NCBI GenBank assembly: GCA_950097015.1
Contig: CATNEN010000039.1
Location: 20,398,001-20,462,000, forward strand
Source: Macrostomum hystrix
Taxonomy: Eukaryota > Animalia > Platyhelminthes
Direction of reading: 5' to 3'
DNA length: 64,000 bases
In this document: one piece after another, positions 35,801 to 50,800 of the stretch
Numbering within the stretch: the first letter of the stretch is position 1
Layout of the letters: each line of letters starts with the position of its first letter
The notes under the pieces: generated by a model
What the model saw: only the letters and a program-made list of their open reading frames with translations
What the model was told of the DNA's origin: nothing
Database searches by the model: none
Made by a program: the position numbers and the translations under genes

Positions 35801-38800
35801 TTAAGTTTGTCTCCTCGGCTGCGCGTAATCGAGCTTAGGGACCTGATGATGCTTCCGAGCCTCACAGGCGTAGTTCATTCGCATGTGGTTCGCTTGACTC
35901 ATTGTGGGTGGTTGTGTTCCGAACCAGAACTAGAAAACCAGAGACCAGAGCCAAAGATCAGAACCAGAGGCCAGAACCAGAGAATCAGAGAACCAGAGAC
36001 CAGAACCAGAGGACCAGAGACCAGAACCAGAGAACCAGGGGCCAGAACCAGAACCAGAGAACCAGAGGCCAGAGAACCAGAAAACCAGAGACCAGAACCA
36101 GAGGACCAGAGACCAGAACCAGAGAACCAGGGGCCAGAACCAGAACCAGAGAACCAGAGGCCAGAGAACCAGAAAACCAGAGAACCAGAGAACCAGAGAC
36201 CAGAACCAGAGGACCAGAGACCAGAACCAGAGGACCAGAGACCAGAACCAGAGGACCAGAGACCAGAACCAGAGAACCAGGGGCCAGTACCAGAACCAGA
36301 GAACCAGAGGCCAGAGAACCAGAAAACCAGAGACCAGAACCAGAGAACCAGGGACCAGAACCAGAAAACCAGAGACCAGAACGAGAGAACCAGAGACCAA
36401 AACCAGAGAAACAGAGTCCAGAGAACCAGAGAACCAGAGACCAGAACCAGAGAAACAGAGACCAGAGAACCAGAACCAGCGAACCAGAGACCAGAACCAG
36501 AGAAACAGAGACCAGAACCAGAGAACCAGAGAAACAGAGACCAGAACCAGAGAAACAGAGACCAGAACCAGAGAACCAGAGAAACAGAGACCAGAACCAG
36601 AGAAACAGAGACCAGAACCAGAGAAACAGAGACCAGAACCAGAGAAACAGAGACCAGAGCCAGAGAACAGAGACCAGAACCAGAACCGTGCGCCACCAGA
36701 GATACTTATATGGCCACCCGCAGCCTGCCCTCCTGGCTGGATGCGAGGCCTCACCGGCTTCTGCTGGCACCGAGAGGAGGCCACAGTCTCCTGGTCTGAC
36801 GCAGATCAGTACTGCGCTAACGGACTCACTTGGGGCGGCCGACGAGGCAAACTCCTGCTTGCGAAGACTGTTGTGGAGAGAAATGTCTATGCGAATCCGT
36901 AAGAATTTTGACTGGCCTGTTTGATTTGACATGAAAATTAGAATATAGGAAACCTAATTTAAACTACATGTACATACAGCCTGTGGGGCTGCGACTCACT
37001 AGTCCTCGGACAGGAGTACGTCCACCAAAATTCTTCCCCACCTGATGCTGGTACCAATTTTAACAGTTGGATAAACTGAAGCAATTAAGAATTGAGCAAT
37101 CTTGCTTCCCTGGGGTTCCAACTCTTGACCATAGACCCAGGAACGCCTAGAAGTAAGTGATTAGTAGCATTAGTAATGCGTTTAGTACACAATATAAGTA
37201 AAGCTATTTAGTGACGTATATACAGTAATTTATTTAGGGAAATTCGTAAATTTAACCAAAAAACCACCGGCTCCTAAATCTGTTGACCGAAAAAATTAAA
37301 TAAGAGTAATAAGGAAGAATTGTGTGTCTCAGGTGTTAAAATTCCATTCGACCTTATCCTAACTGTTAATTTTCATTAATCCAGGGCTGACGAATCAGTA
37401 TTCGGTGTTTATCACATCGGATTGCGACGCAACTCCAGCACCGGCGCCTGGTTGTGGAGCGACGGCACGCAGCCGGAGGCCGGTGCGTTTTATATGACGC
37501 GACCACCGCCCGAGTGTGCGGCTCTGGACAGCAACGACGCTTTCATTGTCAGCGTGCCGTGCGATTCGCAGCTGCAGTTCATTTGCCAGGTCGACATGTA
37601 CCTAGGTAAGAGCGATTTTTAGGGCCAATTTGCGCCGTATTTTGAGTCCGGTTGGTGGTAATAAGTGCCTGAGGCCACTAAAGATGCAGCCTAAGTATCT
37701 CTTCATGGTGCGAGACTGTTTCATCGATTAGATTTAGCACAATTAAACGAATCTCGGCCGTTCTGTACTGAGCCTCGGTATTGGAATGTCCGAACGGCAT
37801 CATCAACTTGCGTTAAGTCTACTCAAGAAGATAATATTTACAAAAAATACCTGCTAAACTATGAAGTCTATTAATAATAATAATAACTGATTACGTCTGC
37901 CGTAATAGGGCCAGATGTACAGCCAACAGAACAGCCGCAGCTAATGTACATCTGAAGTCTGCAAACGGCTGTTCAGTCTATGGACTGAGGGGAGACGCCG
38001 CACCCATTCTCAATTAGCCCAACTAATGCTGGTTGCAATGCTAATAGCCATTGAAAGCTAAGTAAACGGAAGCAATTTAGAGTTACGCGTCTCGCTTAAG
38101 GACACAAGTTGTCCCTGTGGGATCAGAAACCGAACCCCAAACCTATTGATAAGTCTTGATTCTGATGCTATCACCACTAGGCTACAACCACCTTTATGGT
38201 TCATTATGGTCATTACTTTTGAGTTTCATACGAAAGTTGCTTCAAATGGCAAATACGGTTAGTAGTATTAAATCTTGCAGATCACGTGACTGACACGCAC
38301 AAAGTGATGCTGGTATCTCGCAGCCACTGCGGCGTCGCTGCCGAGGACGACGCCATGACGGTAAGCGGCTATGGCAACCTGCTGCGGCTGCAGACGCTAG
38401 ACAGCCTCGTCACCGACCAGATCGAGGTCTACAACACGTACGGAGCAGCCCGTTCCACCTTGACGAGCGTCGGCCTTTGCGACTCCGTAGATAGCATCTA
38501 CGGAGTTTACTATATGTTTCCTATTGATAAAGGTACGAACACACGAGTATGATCAGTTCCAGTTCCTCTCTTTGGGTAGATAAACTTATTTCTGCTAAAA
38601 TATTCCCATTCTACTATGGGAATTTTATCCCGATTATTACCAGTTGAAAGACACCGGGGAAAGACAACAGGGCCATTGCAAATACCCAATGCCTACTTCA
38701 CGATAGTTCCCAAACCAAATAACCAAAGTTTTCGTGAAAGTCCACCATCTGAATCTAAATTTTCCGCTCGTTACGATGAGCTAACTTTCAAAACAGCCTG

Positions 38801-41800
38801 ACTCTGCATCGTCGAGACATTTGTCGAATCTTGCGAATCTTGTCGACCCTGGTGTCAAATAAATTTATTCTATATAAAGCTCTTTTTGACAAATCCATAC
38901 CGGTTCAAAAGTGATACATTCAAAATAGAAACAATACAGTATAAAAAACAAAGGAAGCCGACTTTATTAAGTGATAAACTTTTGTGGGCAGAAAATGTTC
39001 GCCTTTTTGTGGTTTTTGCGACCAGACACCCCGATGAGAATAGTTGACTAACTCAAAGACACAGGTGTTTTGTGATTCTGGAAGTTGTTTTATCAGATGG
39101 AGTGGAAAATTTTAGCCCTAGTTCTGTATTTTCATGGAGATTGGTTGAATATGTTGAGAGATTCAGAAGCAAAGAAAAAATGTGGGTATTTGAAATATAC
39201 CCATTCCTTCTACCATTAAGTACTGCATTGTCCCATATCCGTCTCGTTTTTGCTTTAGTCCATCATATCGTACAGACATTTACAGACCTGATTAAATGGT
39301 TTTTACGAAGATGACGAGTTTCAGGTGCTTTAAGGACCTTTAAAATTCTAAATCGTGATCACTGCAGGCTGTGCACTGCCATTGTTCAGCATTAATGACG
39401 GCCAGTTGGGTGTGCGATTCGAGGCTTCCAGCAGCAACTATCGCAGGAATGCCAACTATTCAATTGTCGGAGCAGCTTCCGAGTATTCCGGTACTTAATT
39501 TTCTACGTCATGTTTCTTTAGTTTATTTTTATTATAATACCTGCCCCGATTGGGCCAGATGTGCAGCCAACAGCACAGCCGCAGCTATTGCGTCGCATCT
39601 GACCAGCTGGGTGAACTGAAGCAATGCAGAGTTAAGTGTCTTGCTAAAGGACACAAACTGTTCCAGTGGAGTCGGGAATCAAACCCCCGACCTTCAAGTC
39701 GCGAGACCGACGCTCTAACTCCTAGGCTACAACCTCCTGTAGCCTATTGGTTGGCTTCTTTTGACTTATCTAACAATTTCTTGTGACGAGAGTTTCAACT
39801 ATATTTTTGAGTTTTAACTAAGAGCTGGAAAATGCAAAAGAAACACAATTCAACTGCTAATTAAACCTGTCAGATCATCTGAAGTGCACTGTTGCCGGAG
39901 CTGACTATAAGTACTACGACTACGGAGTAACAATGACGGGTTCAGGTCGAGCTTGCAGAGCTCGCACAGGAACCTATTCTGCGTACAATCGTTCCTGCAT
40001 TACAGGTAAAACCAATGTCGTTTAAAAAGAGAGAATACTCAATTGATAGCACTTTCTTCTCAACTTAGTCTCAATTCATCGAGATAGAATGAATACAGAA
40101 ACTTCGAGATATTCTGCGCCCCTTTCCACCACTGCCATCTCTGGCTTTAATCACGCACATTTCCATATAAGGACATCGGATCGTGGGAGTCAAACGCTCA
40201 ACCCCAAGCCTAATTGGCGACGCTAACCTTAGAAAAAATTAATATCAAAGTCATGCGGAACTGTCAACAGACTAGAAAAACAAATCTCATCAATAGGCAC
40301 AGGGCGAACTCTGAATGAGAGCTCCTAAGACAATGGAATCCGAGGGTTGAAAAATCTGCTAAGTTCTGTCATTTATAATACAGGTTTCACAGAGATTTCT
40401 CCAGGGAAAAGTACCTAACAATTATCTGTAACCCAGAACAAGGGCGTACAATGTCCCGATTTCGTATGAGAAAAATACTTACACGTGGATCAACAACACC
40501 GCGTGTGAAACAAAATATTTTAGGCTAAAATATTTCGTTTTTTATTAAAAGAACAGTTTGCTCGATTTTTCGCACTCTACTGTATGCTTCTGTCACTTTA
40601 ATCGCCCATTATATTTCAAATCAACTACAATACACTTGCACATTTCAGTAACAGCAGCAGTAACAACCAACTGTCAGGCGCAAGGATCGGCGACAACAGA
40701 AAACTGTCACCCAAACTTCGATCAACTACTGTGCGGTTAGTACAGCTACCAGCAATGTACCGCTCGTGTTATTTGCTTATTTGAAATTTTTAATTACTAA
40801 TGAACACCAAATTTTATTCACTTATAGTTCCCAATTTCAAGCCACCGACGGACCTGTACTCAACAAGAGAGTTTTCAATAACATCACAAAAGGTTTTCTA
40901 CTACAACGACGTTCGCATCAGTAGCCCGACATTCAGTTTGGATAAAGTAACGCTAAATACAGGAGCAATATCGACTGCTACTCCTTCTCAGTATTGGCGT
41001 TTGGTTGTAGATTTGAAGTCCAATCATCACGTACTGTCGGGTGAAATAGTATTAACAACGGGAAGCAGTGAGTAGCGAAAATAGCTTTTTCTTTGTTTTA
41101 ATGTGTATAAAAACACAGTGCGACTTGACAGTTAGAAGAGAGATCAATATAGACAAAGCGAATTTGAGCAGTTTAAGAATCAATAAAATTCAGAAAGAAC
41201 TGACAACCCTTCGGCGAGGTTTCCCCTAAACTATGCCCCTAAATTTGTGGGGTGAAGGGGTGATTTGTAGGGACAGCTGTTCAGTCCATTGACTGGGGAG
41301 GCTGCCACACTTGACAGTAAAAATACCACGTTTTTTCCCACCCGTTGAAAAGATCACCTGTGTATTTTAAATACCCACTGCCTAATTCACGATAGCTCCC
41401 AAACCGAATGACCAATTTTGTGAAAGTCCACCATCTGAATCAAAATTTTCCGACCTTTACGATGAACTAACTTTTAAAGCCGACCAAGTCAGAATCGTCG
41501 AGATATTCAGCGATACTTGTCTAAGACCCTGGTGACAAAGACAACTGACATTGCTGTGTATACACGTCTATGGCGAATCCATATTTGGTTCAAAAATGAA
41601 AAAATTAGCAATTTAATCAATCCAAAATAGTAAAAATAAATAGCTGACATGGTTGAATGATGAAAATTTGTGAGCAGAAAACCCAGACACCAGACTACCA
41701 GAAGACAATCGTTAATTATCTCGACGATGCAAATACTTTGTGATTCTGGAAGTTGTTTAATCGGATAGAGCGGAAAATGTTATCTCGTGTTCTGGATTTT

Positions 41801-44800
41801 CGTGACGATTGGTTGAATATTTTAGGATATATAGAAAAATGAAAAAAGGTATTTGAAATACCCCGTGGTCCTTCTACTGTTAACGTACCACACTTTCTTA
41901 AAAATTCCAATAAAAAATCATTTCAGAATTGAATAACTTCTCCGTGAGAGTCAACTCTGATTGGAACATCAGCTCGGGTGAGTTGGCCTTCGAGGCTTGG
42001 CCTGTGTGCTACACCTACAACCTGCCGGAAGTGGCCTCCTCACCGCTGAGATTCTGGTGCGAACAGACACTAGCCGGTCGCTATGTAGCTTTCCTTCAAG
42101 GCGTTCAAATTGGTAGGCTCTCCATAACTTCCTTGCAACTGCACGCTGAGGAAGGTGGGTCAGAGCTTGTACTTTTAACTTGCTAATATAGTCTAGTTCA
42201 TTTGAGCTGTTATATTAATTTTGTTCGAGCTTTTGTGTTATTGATCAGTCATTTGACCCCCGCAGAGAAATTCGAAGAAACGGGCACTTTTCCCTCCCTA
42301 ATCCGTCGCGTTCCGGCTAAAGTGATGAGTTCAGACTCTGTGAAGCTGAACAACTCGCTAACAATGTCCGCTCGGCTGAGAAATTCTGGCCTAAAGCTGT
42401 GGCTCACGAATCAGTACGAGCACGCGGATATTCTCAATGCGGTGAGTGTCTGAAAGATTGCAATATACACGTAGAGCTGCTGACTGAGGTCGCTCTAAAA
42501 CTAATGATTGCTTTCGAAATTAACAGCCCCGTTGGGAGATTTCAATTAGTGGCAATGGCTCAGCCGCATTCGTCAGCGAGGCAGTTGTTCGCACCGGCGA
42601 CGCCACCAGTCCAAACACACTGTCCGCCATGATGCAGTCCAGTCCTAGCGGTCCTGTAGCTGTCATCACGGACGATTATCAGATTGTGCAACTAGTTTGG
42701 ACTCAGTCAGGCATCAATGTCAGCATAGCCGGGTCCCGGCTCGCCAGTTTGACTGTGACAAATCCTATCTATACGCTGGATTTAAGAACGATTGGTTACA
42801 CAACTCTCGGCGACGACTCGGAGGACACTAGAGCGCACGTTATGTTCGACTTTCCGAGTAAACCTTGGCACTAGTTTTGTCTTATAGGCGTGCAGTATAG
42901 AATCAGTGTCCTGCATTTAGATTTCGGCCATTCCTTTCAGATGATAGACAGCTTGGCATTTGGTCTCCAATGGGCGTTCTGGATTTTCCATCAGTGTGCG
43001 CATCATACATGCAATATATTCAGGTATGATTAGCTTAATAATAATCATAATAATTAAAGGAGAGCTGCAAGCAATGACACATCATTTGGTGACACTAGAT
43101 CCGCAGACAGTGAGGAGGCAATTCTGCCCATTCCGCTGACGCCTGAGCACACACAATGACAGATACCGTACGCAGGCATACGCTCACACAGGTGTGTACA
43201 TCTGCCTTGACTTTCTCATCGTCAGGCAGTGTACACTCTCACTGTGCCTTGGAGGTTGGCCCTCAAGGGCTTAAATTGCACGACAAGCCCCCAAGCCTTC
43301 TCTCCGCGGCTGCGCCCAAAATGAATGTGGCCTCGCCGCGGAATCGAACTTAGGGACCGTGTTGCGAGAGGCAAATGCCTTAACGGCTCAACCACCGACC
43401 TCCGGTATGATTAGCTTACTGAAACGATGCCTTTAATTCTAACATTCATAGCTCGTCGATAAATATGTAAATGACACTAATAGGGCCGGATGTACAGCTA
43501 GTGGCACATTATCCGTCGCTTCCAAAGGCTGTGTACAGCTGTACAGTCCGTGGACTGGGGAAGCCAATCAGACCTAAAGTTGTCCCTCACACTAATATCT
43601 AACCCAGCTTTAGACAGAGATTAGAACTATGATACCTTGTACCTGTTGTAAAGGCGGTAGCTTACTACAAAAGCAAAGTTCTTGTAAACTTTTACTTAAA
43701 TATGAAATAAAAGTAAAAAACTGATTTTAGGCCAAATTTACGAAGTCTGTCACAGTGTTTGTGCTAGCCATCCAGGGTGGTACGGACAGATCACTTGGAT
43801 ATTTGCAATATCCAAAGTATCTATCAGTCTCCTATTCAACTGATGGAGAATCGTTCACCCCGTTTGTCTTGGTGAGTCTGATGCTCAATGGAATGCCAAC
43901 TGATTGATTATTTTGATAAAAAGCAGTAATAAATAAACATAATTGCAGAAATTTCTGGGTGCTCGCAAGCCTACTTACACATCATTTCACGGCTTCTATC
44001 CTGAGATATTTGGCAGAGCGTTTCGCATGTACGCCAACACATTTCACTACCGATGGGAGTCCCGATGGATGCTGTACGGCTGTCTGTCCAGTATGAGGCT
44101 TCACTTTTACTCATAGACAGTTGAATGATAATGTCTAGTGTTTTTACGTCTAAAAGAACAATCTTATACTTTCTAGATCGCACAGCTTATCGGCCGCCTC
44201 CAGTGCTGATGTCGCAGTACCTCGCATTGGTAAGCAGCGACCCGAACAACGCAAAATACCTCACCGATGGTAAAAGAGGTCCTTTAACATTATCGTGGTC
44301 AGCTAATAGTGCTCAACCGTGGATAGCCGTTGACTTTGTCTCCCGAAGATACATCGAATTTGCACTGATTTTCGGCTACAGTCTTTATCAACACAGTGAG
44401 TGTGATGCAGATCAAAATTATAATTTAACAGTTAACAATGAGCAATGAAATATTTTTTAGACCTAGCGGCAAACGAAAGGAATGTATATTCGGCAATATT
44501 TGCTACTAACCAATCAACATACTCGGAAGCCACTTCCGTGTTGGTCTCTCGAAACTTCTTCACTGCCCTGAAGCAGCCATGGCGAGCCAATGTAGGCCTG
44601 GTGAGTTACATGAATTTTATAAACAGTAGAAAGACCTCCTGTGTATTTTAAACACCAACTGCCTAATTCACGATAGCTCCCAACCCGAATGACCGATTTT
44701 CGTGAAAGTCCACCATCAAAATAAACATTTTCCGCCCTTTACAATGAACTAACTTTCAAAGCCGTCCGAGTCTTGACTTACTTGACTTAGCTGCAGGGGG

Positions 44801-47800
44801 CATCCTTCGGATGCAGCGGCGAGGCATTGCCACCCATTCCATTAGCCCCTGGCGACCACCGGCAACTAAAGCTGCGGTGTCGCGCAGGGGGATCCGGTGA
44901 TGCCGGCGTCCACAGCGCGGTCCTCCTCCGGAGAGTTCAGGAGGTGGAGAGTCGCTCGCTCGGTGGGGCGTCCGAGTCATCATCGTCGAGATATTCAGCG
45001 ATACTTGTCGAAGACCCTGGTGACAAGAGCAACTGAAATCACTTTGTATAAACGTCTATGGCGAATCCATTTTTGGTTCAAAAATGAAAAAATTAGCAAT
45101 TTAATGAATCCAAAGTATTCAAAATGATAGCTGCTGACATGTTTACACGATGAAGTTATGAGAACAGAAAATTATGCCACATTGCCGGTTTTTGCCACCA
45201 GGCGAGAATCGTTGAATATCTTGACGATGCCGATGTTTTATAATTCTGAAAACCGTTTTTTCGGATAGAGCGGAAAATTCTAGCCAGTTTTCCAGATTTT
45301 CAAGTCGTTTTGTTGGATATTTTGGGATATACAGAGAAAAAAGAAATATGTGTGTATTTTAAACTGCTAAATATTGAATACCCAATTTTATTCAACTAAT
45401 CCGATATGCTTTTATAAAAAACAGGTGGCCAGAATGTTGGGACTGGCAAAGACTAACGTCAGTCTGTGTGCGCCGAACTGTCGACTTCAACTGATTGAGA
45501 TTGAAGTATACGGCAATCCTCTAAGTACGAACAATTTTTATCACAAATTACTATAAAAATGCCTTCGTTTTTAGAGAGTAGTTTTTTATCGAGTTAACTA
45601 CGAGTATATTCTATTTGGTTTGAGTATAGCCACTAGCACTAGTGACTCATATCACTCCAACTGCAATCAAGTGGTACAAGGACAGTAAGTCATTTATTTA
45701 AAGTGGTAAAACCAATAGCTCATCGCTGTTGGAATTCTCTCAATTGAGTCTCACTTTGCAGCATTTTGTAATTTTGTATAAAAAAATTGTCCAGATAGCA
45801 CAACTTCTTGGCGCTTTAAATGCCCCTTCAAGTTTAGCGTTGCTACGTGATACTCTTTGTGATTGCTTTGCCAATGATTATTATGAATCTAACTGCTTAG
45901 GAAAATAATATTTGCCTTAATCTTGTCATTTATTTGTGACGATCTTTTACTAAGCTAGGTGTCTGATTTTTTCTGCATAGATGTCACAGGCTCGAGCACT
46001 CCACGAGCTTACGACGTGGCAATCGGTCTTGGAAGTCGCTTTCCCGCCACCGGTGTGCAACACGGCGACGTTGGCAGCCTGTGCGACTTCTGCGCTGACA
46101 TGTACTCCCTGCCGCTGAACTTTCCTGGCGATGAGAGTTTTCACCACACCTTTATCAATCCGGATAGCAGTCAGTTCATGCTGTTCCTTCCACACACCTA
46201 TGCTCTAACTGGCCTGCTAATCAGAGGTGGATTCAAGAGGCTCGAGAGCGGCTCCCTGCATGGCATGGTAACCAGCTTCCGGCTGTCCTACTCGGCTACT
46301 GGAGGCAGCGATCGTCTCATGCCGTTTAATGACCTTCAGGACGGGTCAATAGTAAGCAGGGCAATTTGCTCTGCAGTTGAACTAAAAATGACTAGGATAA
46401 ATATCCCGATGTTTTCTGGTTTTGCAGTTAGCCCAGCTGCATTAATAAATAAACAAAGGCAATTCACGAGGGCTAGAGATGACTTGCTAACTGCAGCCAG
46501 TGGGGGGTAGACGTATTCTGAATATTTCACCCCAACCTCTGGGTAAAAATGGGTAACTCACGTTATGCCTTCTGCTAGCTAGTTTGACCCGTCACCGTTG
46601 AGCTACTTAAAAACACACAAATGCTTTGGGATAAAATTATCAAATGAGCATAGAAACAATGGAACCGGAAAGCAATAGCCTGATATATTACGCATACCGT
46701 AATAAAAAAATTGTTGGAGGACTGCGGGCAAGGGCACATCATTTGGTGACACTAGACACGCAGCTAGCGAGGAGGCAATTCTGCCCATTTCGCTGTCTCC
46801 TGAGCACATACGCACACAGATACTTTACGCAGGCATACGCTCACACAGGTGAGTACATCTGCCCTGGCTTTCTCATCGTCAGACAGTGTACACTTCACTG
46901 TGTCTAGGAGTTTGGCCCCATATTAATGTGGCCTCGCTGCCGAATCGAGCTCAGGGACCTTGGCGCGAGAGAAAAACGCGTTAACCGCTCAGCCACTCAC
47001 CCCCAATAGTATAATTAGTAATGCATTACCGTTTTCACTTAACCTCGAGTCAGAAGCAAGACTTGTTACTAATAAAAGTCAAGAAAAACCGCCGATATTA
47101 CTTTAGGTTACACTTCCTGGGCCAGACAACTACGTGGAGACATCACGCGTCAATTTTCAACGATCAATTTTGGCTAAGCTGGTCAAGTTGGAACTGCCGA
47201 GCTTTTGCAATAGGAGACAACTTAAAATGGACCTGATTGGGTACCCAAACGACCTGTGTAAGTGAATCTACCTAGAAAAATGATGTTGGATAGGAGGGCT
47301 GTGGGCACTGGCACCTATATTAGTATGCATCTGCTTTGACTTTTTCATTGTCAAGCAGAGTGTACTCTTACTTGTTTCGGTTGACCCTCAACAGCGAAAA
47401 TTGCGCGAAAAGCCACCAAGCTTTCTCTCCGCGGCGGTGACCCAAACGAATGTGGCCCCGCCGCGGAAAGGAGCTCAGGGACCTTAATGGGAGAGACAAA
47501 TGCGTCAACCACTCTGCCACTCACTATCTCTGAAAATCAAGTTAACAAGCACTTAATAAACAAACAAAAAACATATTTTTAGCTGCAGCAATTATCAATG
47601 ATCTCACCGTGTCTCAAACGGATGCAACTACCCTGCTTGTCAAGTTTGGCTCATTCTACCACATAAACAGCATTGTCGTTAACAGAACTGCCGGCTCCTA
47701 CCTCAGCTTTTACATAATCTTTACGGAAGTTGACGGAGAGGCAAACTTTACACTACAATTACAGGGAGACGTCTGGATGGTAACTGGTTTTTCTTATTCA

Positions 47801-50800
47801 GATCAAACGTTGATTGATAGCTGAAATACTTGATTACGGAGCTTTTAAATTAAATTTCCTGCTTTTGATTTAAAATTACAGTTCGAAACGAGAGACTCTC
47901 AAGCTACGTTCGAGTTTCCTATCCTTCTGGCCCCTTTAAGCTTACAAATTAAAACTGTCAACGGCTCGCTGACGCCTCAGGAGGTGTCATTCTTGGGCAA
48001 GCAATCCGAGCCTTGCCCGCCCGGATTCGTGCCCATGGGTGACTCCTGTATCCACCTGGGCCCAGTGACTGCTCTGAGAGAGTCGGCACGTCGTGTCTGT
48101 CGCTCCTTCGTCTGGGCTGGTGGCAGGGGCGACCTGCTGATGCTCAAGGATGCGTCTGTAATGAGCTACCTGGCTGCTTCGTGAGTACTTGCACATCAGT
48201 CATTGTGCCTCTTTCAAATACCCACTGCCTACTTCATTATAGCTCCCAAACCGAATGACAGATTTGCTTGAAAGTCCTCAATATGGATCGAAATTTTCCG
48301 CCCTTGTACGATTAAAAACTTTCAATTCAGCGGTTCTTGTCCAAGGCCCTGGTGACAAGAACATTAACTAACATTGCTCAGTGAAAACCTCAGTGAATGG
48401 CGAATCCGTATTTTTTTAATATAATAAGTGTCAATAATAAACAATACAATGCAATCAACAATAGATAGCTGACATGGTTGAATGATGAAATTTTGTGAGC
48501 TGAAAAGCTGTGCCTATAATAATCGTTTTTTTCACAAGACACCTCGCTAAGAATCGTTGAATGTCTCGACGATGCTGATGTTTTGTGATTGTAAAAATTG
48601 TTTCGACGGATTAATATGGATTTTCATTGCGACTTTTTTACTTTATTAGATTCAGACAAAAGAATGAAGGTATTTAAAATATTTTAAATGGTCCTTCTAC
48701 TGCTGAGGTTGTCAGATTCATTGAGAACATCATCATGTACTCGTATTAATTACAGCATCTCATTTTTAATTCGTAGCGTCGATTACCTTCTTCACGTTGG
48801 GATTGTGAGGAACGGAACCGACTGGTTCTGGCTTGACGGCAGCCCGGTGCCCAGCAGCCACTGGAGGCTGGGTCAGCCGGGGGATGTCTATGGTCTGTGG
48901 AGCACCAGCCAGGCAGCTCTGGTGGCAGCGGCAAGCGGAGAGCAGCGAATGTTCGCCTGCCAGTTACCACAGGCGTCGCAAGGCATAAGTAGGTTAAAGT
49001 ATGAATGACAGATTTTTCCAGATATTTTGATAAGTCGATTTGTCGTCTACATGCAATACTTAATTGAAGTATTGAAGTATCTAAATCTCGCGAACCTCCT
49101 GACACAACGCGATTGAATGATGCGAAGAAATCAAGCGTTTCACAACACCCTTGTGTTACTTGGTCGTAAAAACAAAAACATAGTGTTTGTACCGATTTCT
49201 AGTTACCCGAACTCTACAAGTGGGTCACGTGACCTTCTCGGACCAGCGCTCTAGCATTGGCGGAAACTTCGGATTGGCCTGCGTAGCCCAGAGCAGCCCT
49301 GGCACAAGCCGGTCCCAGCAACTGCTGTACAATCGAGTGCACCTGTTGGACGAGACGCTCAGCCGCTTCAGCATCAGTCACGTGCAGTCAAGCTCGACAG
49401 CCATCTTCTCCTGCAGCGTCACCAGCGACCTGCTGAGCGGAGCGGCTGACGCAAGCATTCGCACCATCTCGACTGTCCCTGTGGATAAAGGTGAACTCAG
49501 TGTGCCGCAAAGTTTCGCAAATTCAATATTGGAACAATTGTAATGGGAGGTTGCTAACTAAAATGCATTGAAATTTTAGGTTGTTTTCAGCCTCTTCTGG
49601 GACAATCAAGTGCGGCGCAGGTGACAGGTTTTCCTTTCTCTGCCTCGTTCTTTGACGCATCGAATGCGCACCTTGGCAGTGAGATGCGACTGCGACGTAA
49701 GTTATTTTGCTTGTTAGTGATGTAAAATGTGAATTTGAGATACATTGAAGTATCTAGCAACTCTGCGACCAACCATTATCTGTTTCATCTAGACAACTGT
49801 CTGATAGTCCAGGGCGACAGGGAAAACTATGTCTATCCGGTGAACGTCACAGCCTACGGTCGCGTGTGCATTAGCACAGACTCAGCTGGCTCCAAGAGGG
49901 ACTACAAGAATTACTGCATCAGTAGTAAGTTGCACAGTTATGATTTAACTGCACAGAAGAGCCGTCGGTGTATTACTTTATTTATCAATTAATAAATTAA
50001 TTAACTAATCAATATTGGCAGGTAATTAAAAGAGCAAGTAAATTCAAGCATAAAAATAAACTAAATTAATGACAAAGACTATTTTTTTTAATTTACCACC
50101 AAAACAATTTGAATTCATTGCCTTTATCTATAATGTTGCTGAGATAATCCGCTATCTTCTGTAATGCTAAGTGGGACACTTTTCCTTCCACTTATTCCTT
50201 AAGCACTTTCAAAACTTTTTGCGAAAACAAAAGTACTCGTATTTTCTTTAAAGTCTATTTCTACGTAATACTTGTTGGCCAAATGCATTCAAAGAGGAAG
50301 TGGACCTCATTTCTACTTAGTTTTGTCACTTTGGCCAAGTCCTGCTTTCAAAGTGCACTTTTGGACTAGTAGTTCAAAGCGTCTCGCAGGTCTCTAGTCG
50401 CGCTGGTGGTTGTCCAGAAGATAGTGGGATATTGTTCGCCAGTATTTTATAAAATAATAAGTACTCACAGAGTTAGGCATAAAAAGTTGATTTCTATTTG
50501 ATATTTTAGAGCTCTGTAAATACGATTTTTTCGTTTCCTCCCAGCTACCCCAACAGAGGCGCCGTTCTGCAATGTCGATGCGTTGAACACAAGGCAGAGC
50601 TGCATTCTGCACAACTGCTGTAAGTGCTAGCCAGGGACTATTCAAGTAATGTATATATACTCAAGTATACGTACTCAAGTATCTACTTAAGTTGTCCTTG
50701 GTGCTAGCATAAGCCAATTACTTGTTATGCGCAGCGAGGGACTCAAGTTTTTACACTTAAATGATAAACCTTGCAGTGCATAACTATAATCCCTGGAACA

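Noticed and set aside
35753-36932. Five long overlapping ORFs (265-348 aa) rich in EPE/RTR or SGSGLW
   Set aside because: The T-poor microsatellite lacks stop codons. The true exon starts at 36724 in another frame and joins the 34893-35022 exon in phase.
39660-39738. tRNA genes at SINE heads (also 46930-47004 and 10647-10720)
   Set aside because: They have A/B boxes but no clean cloverleaf, and most continue into shared SINE bodies.
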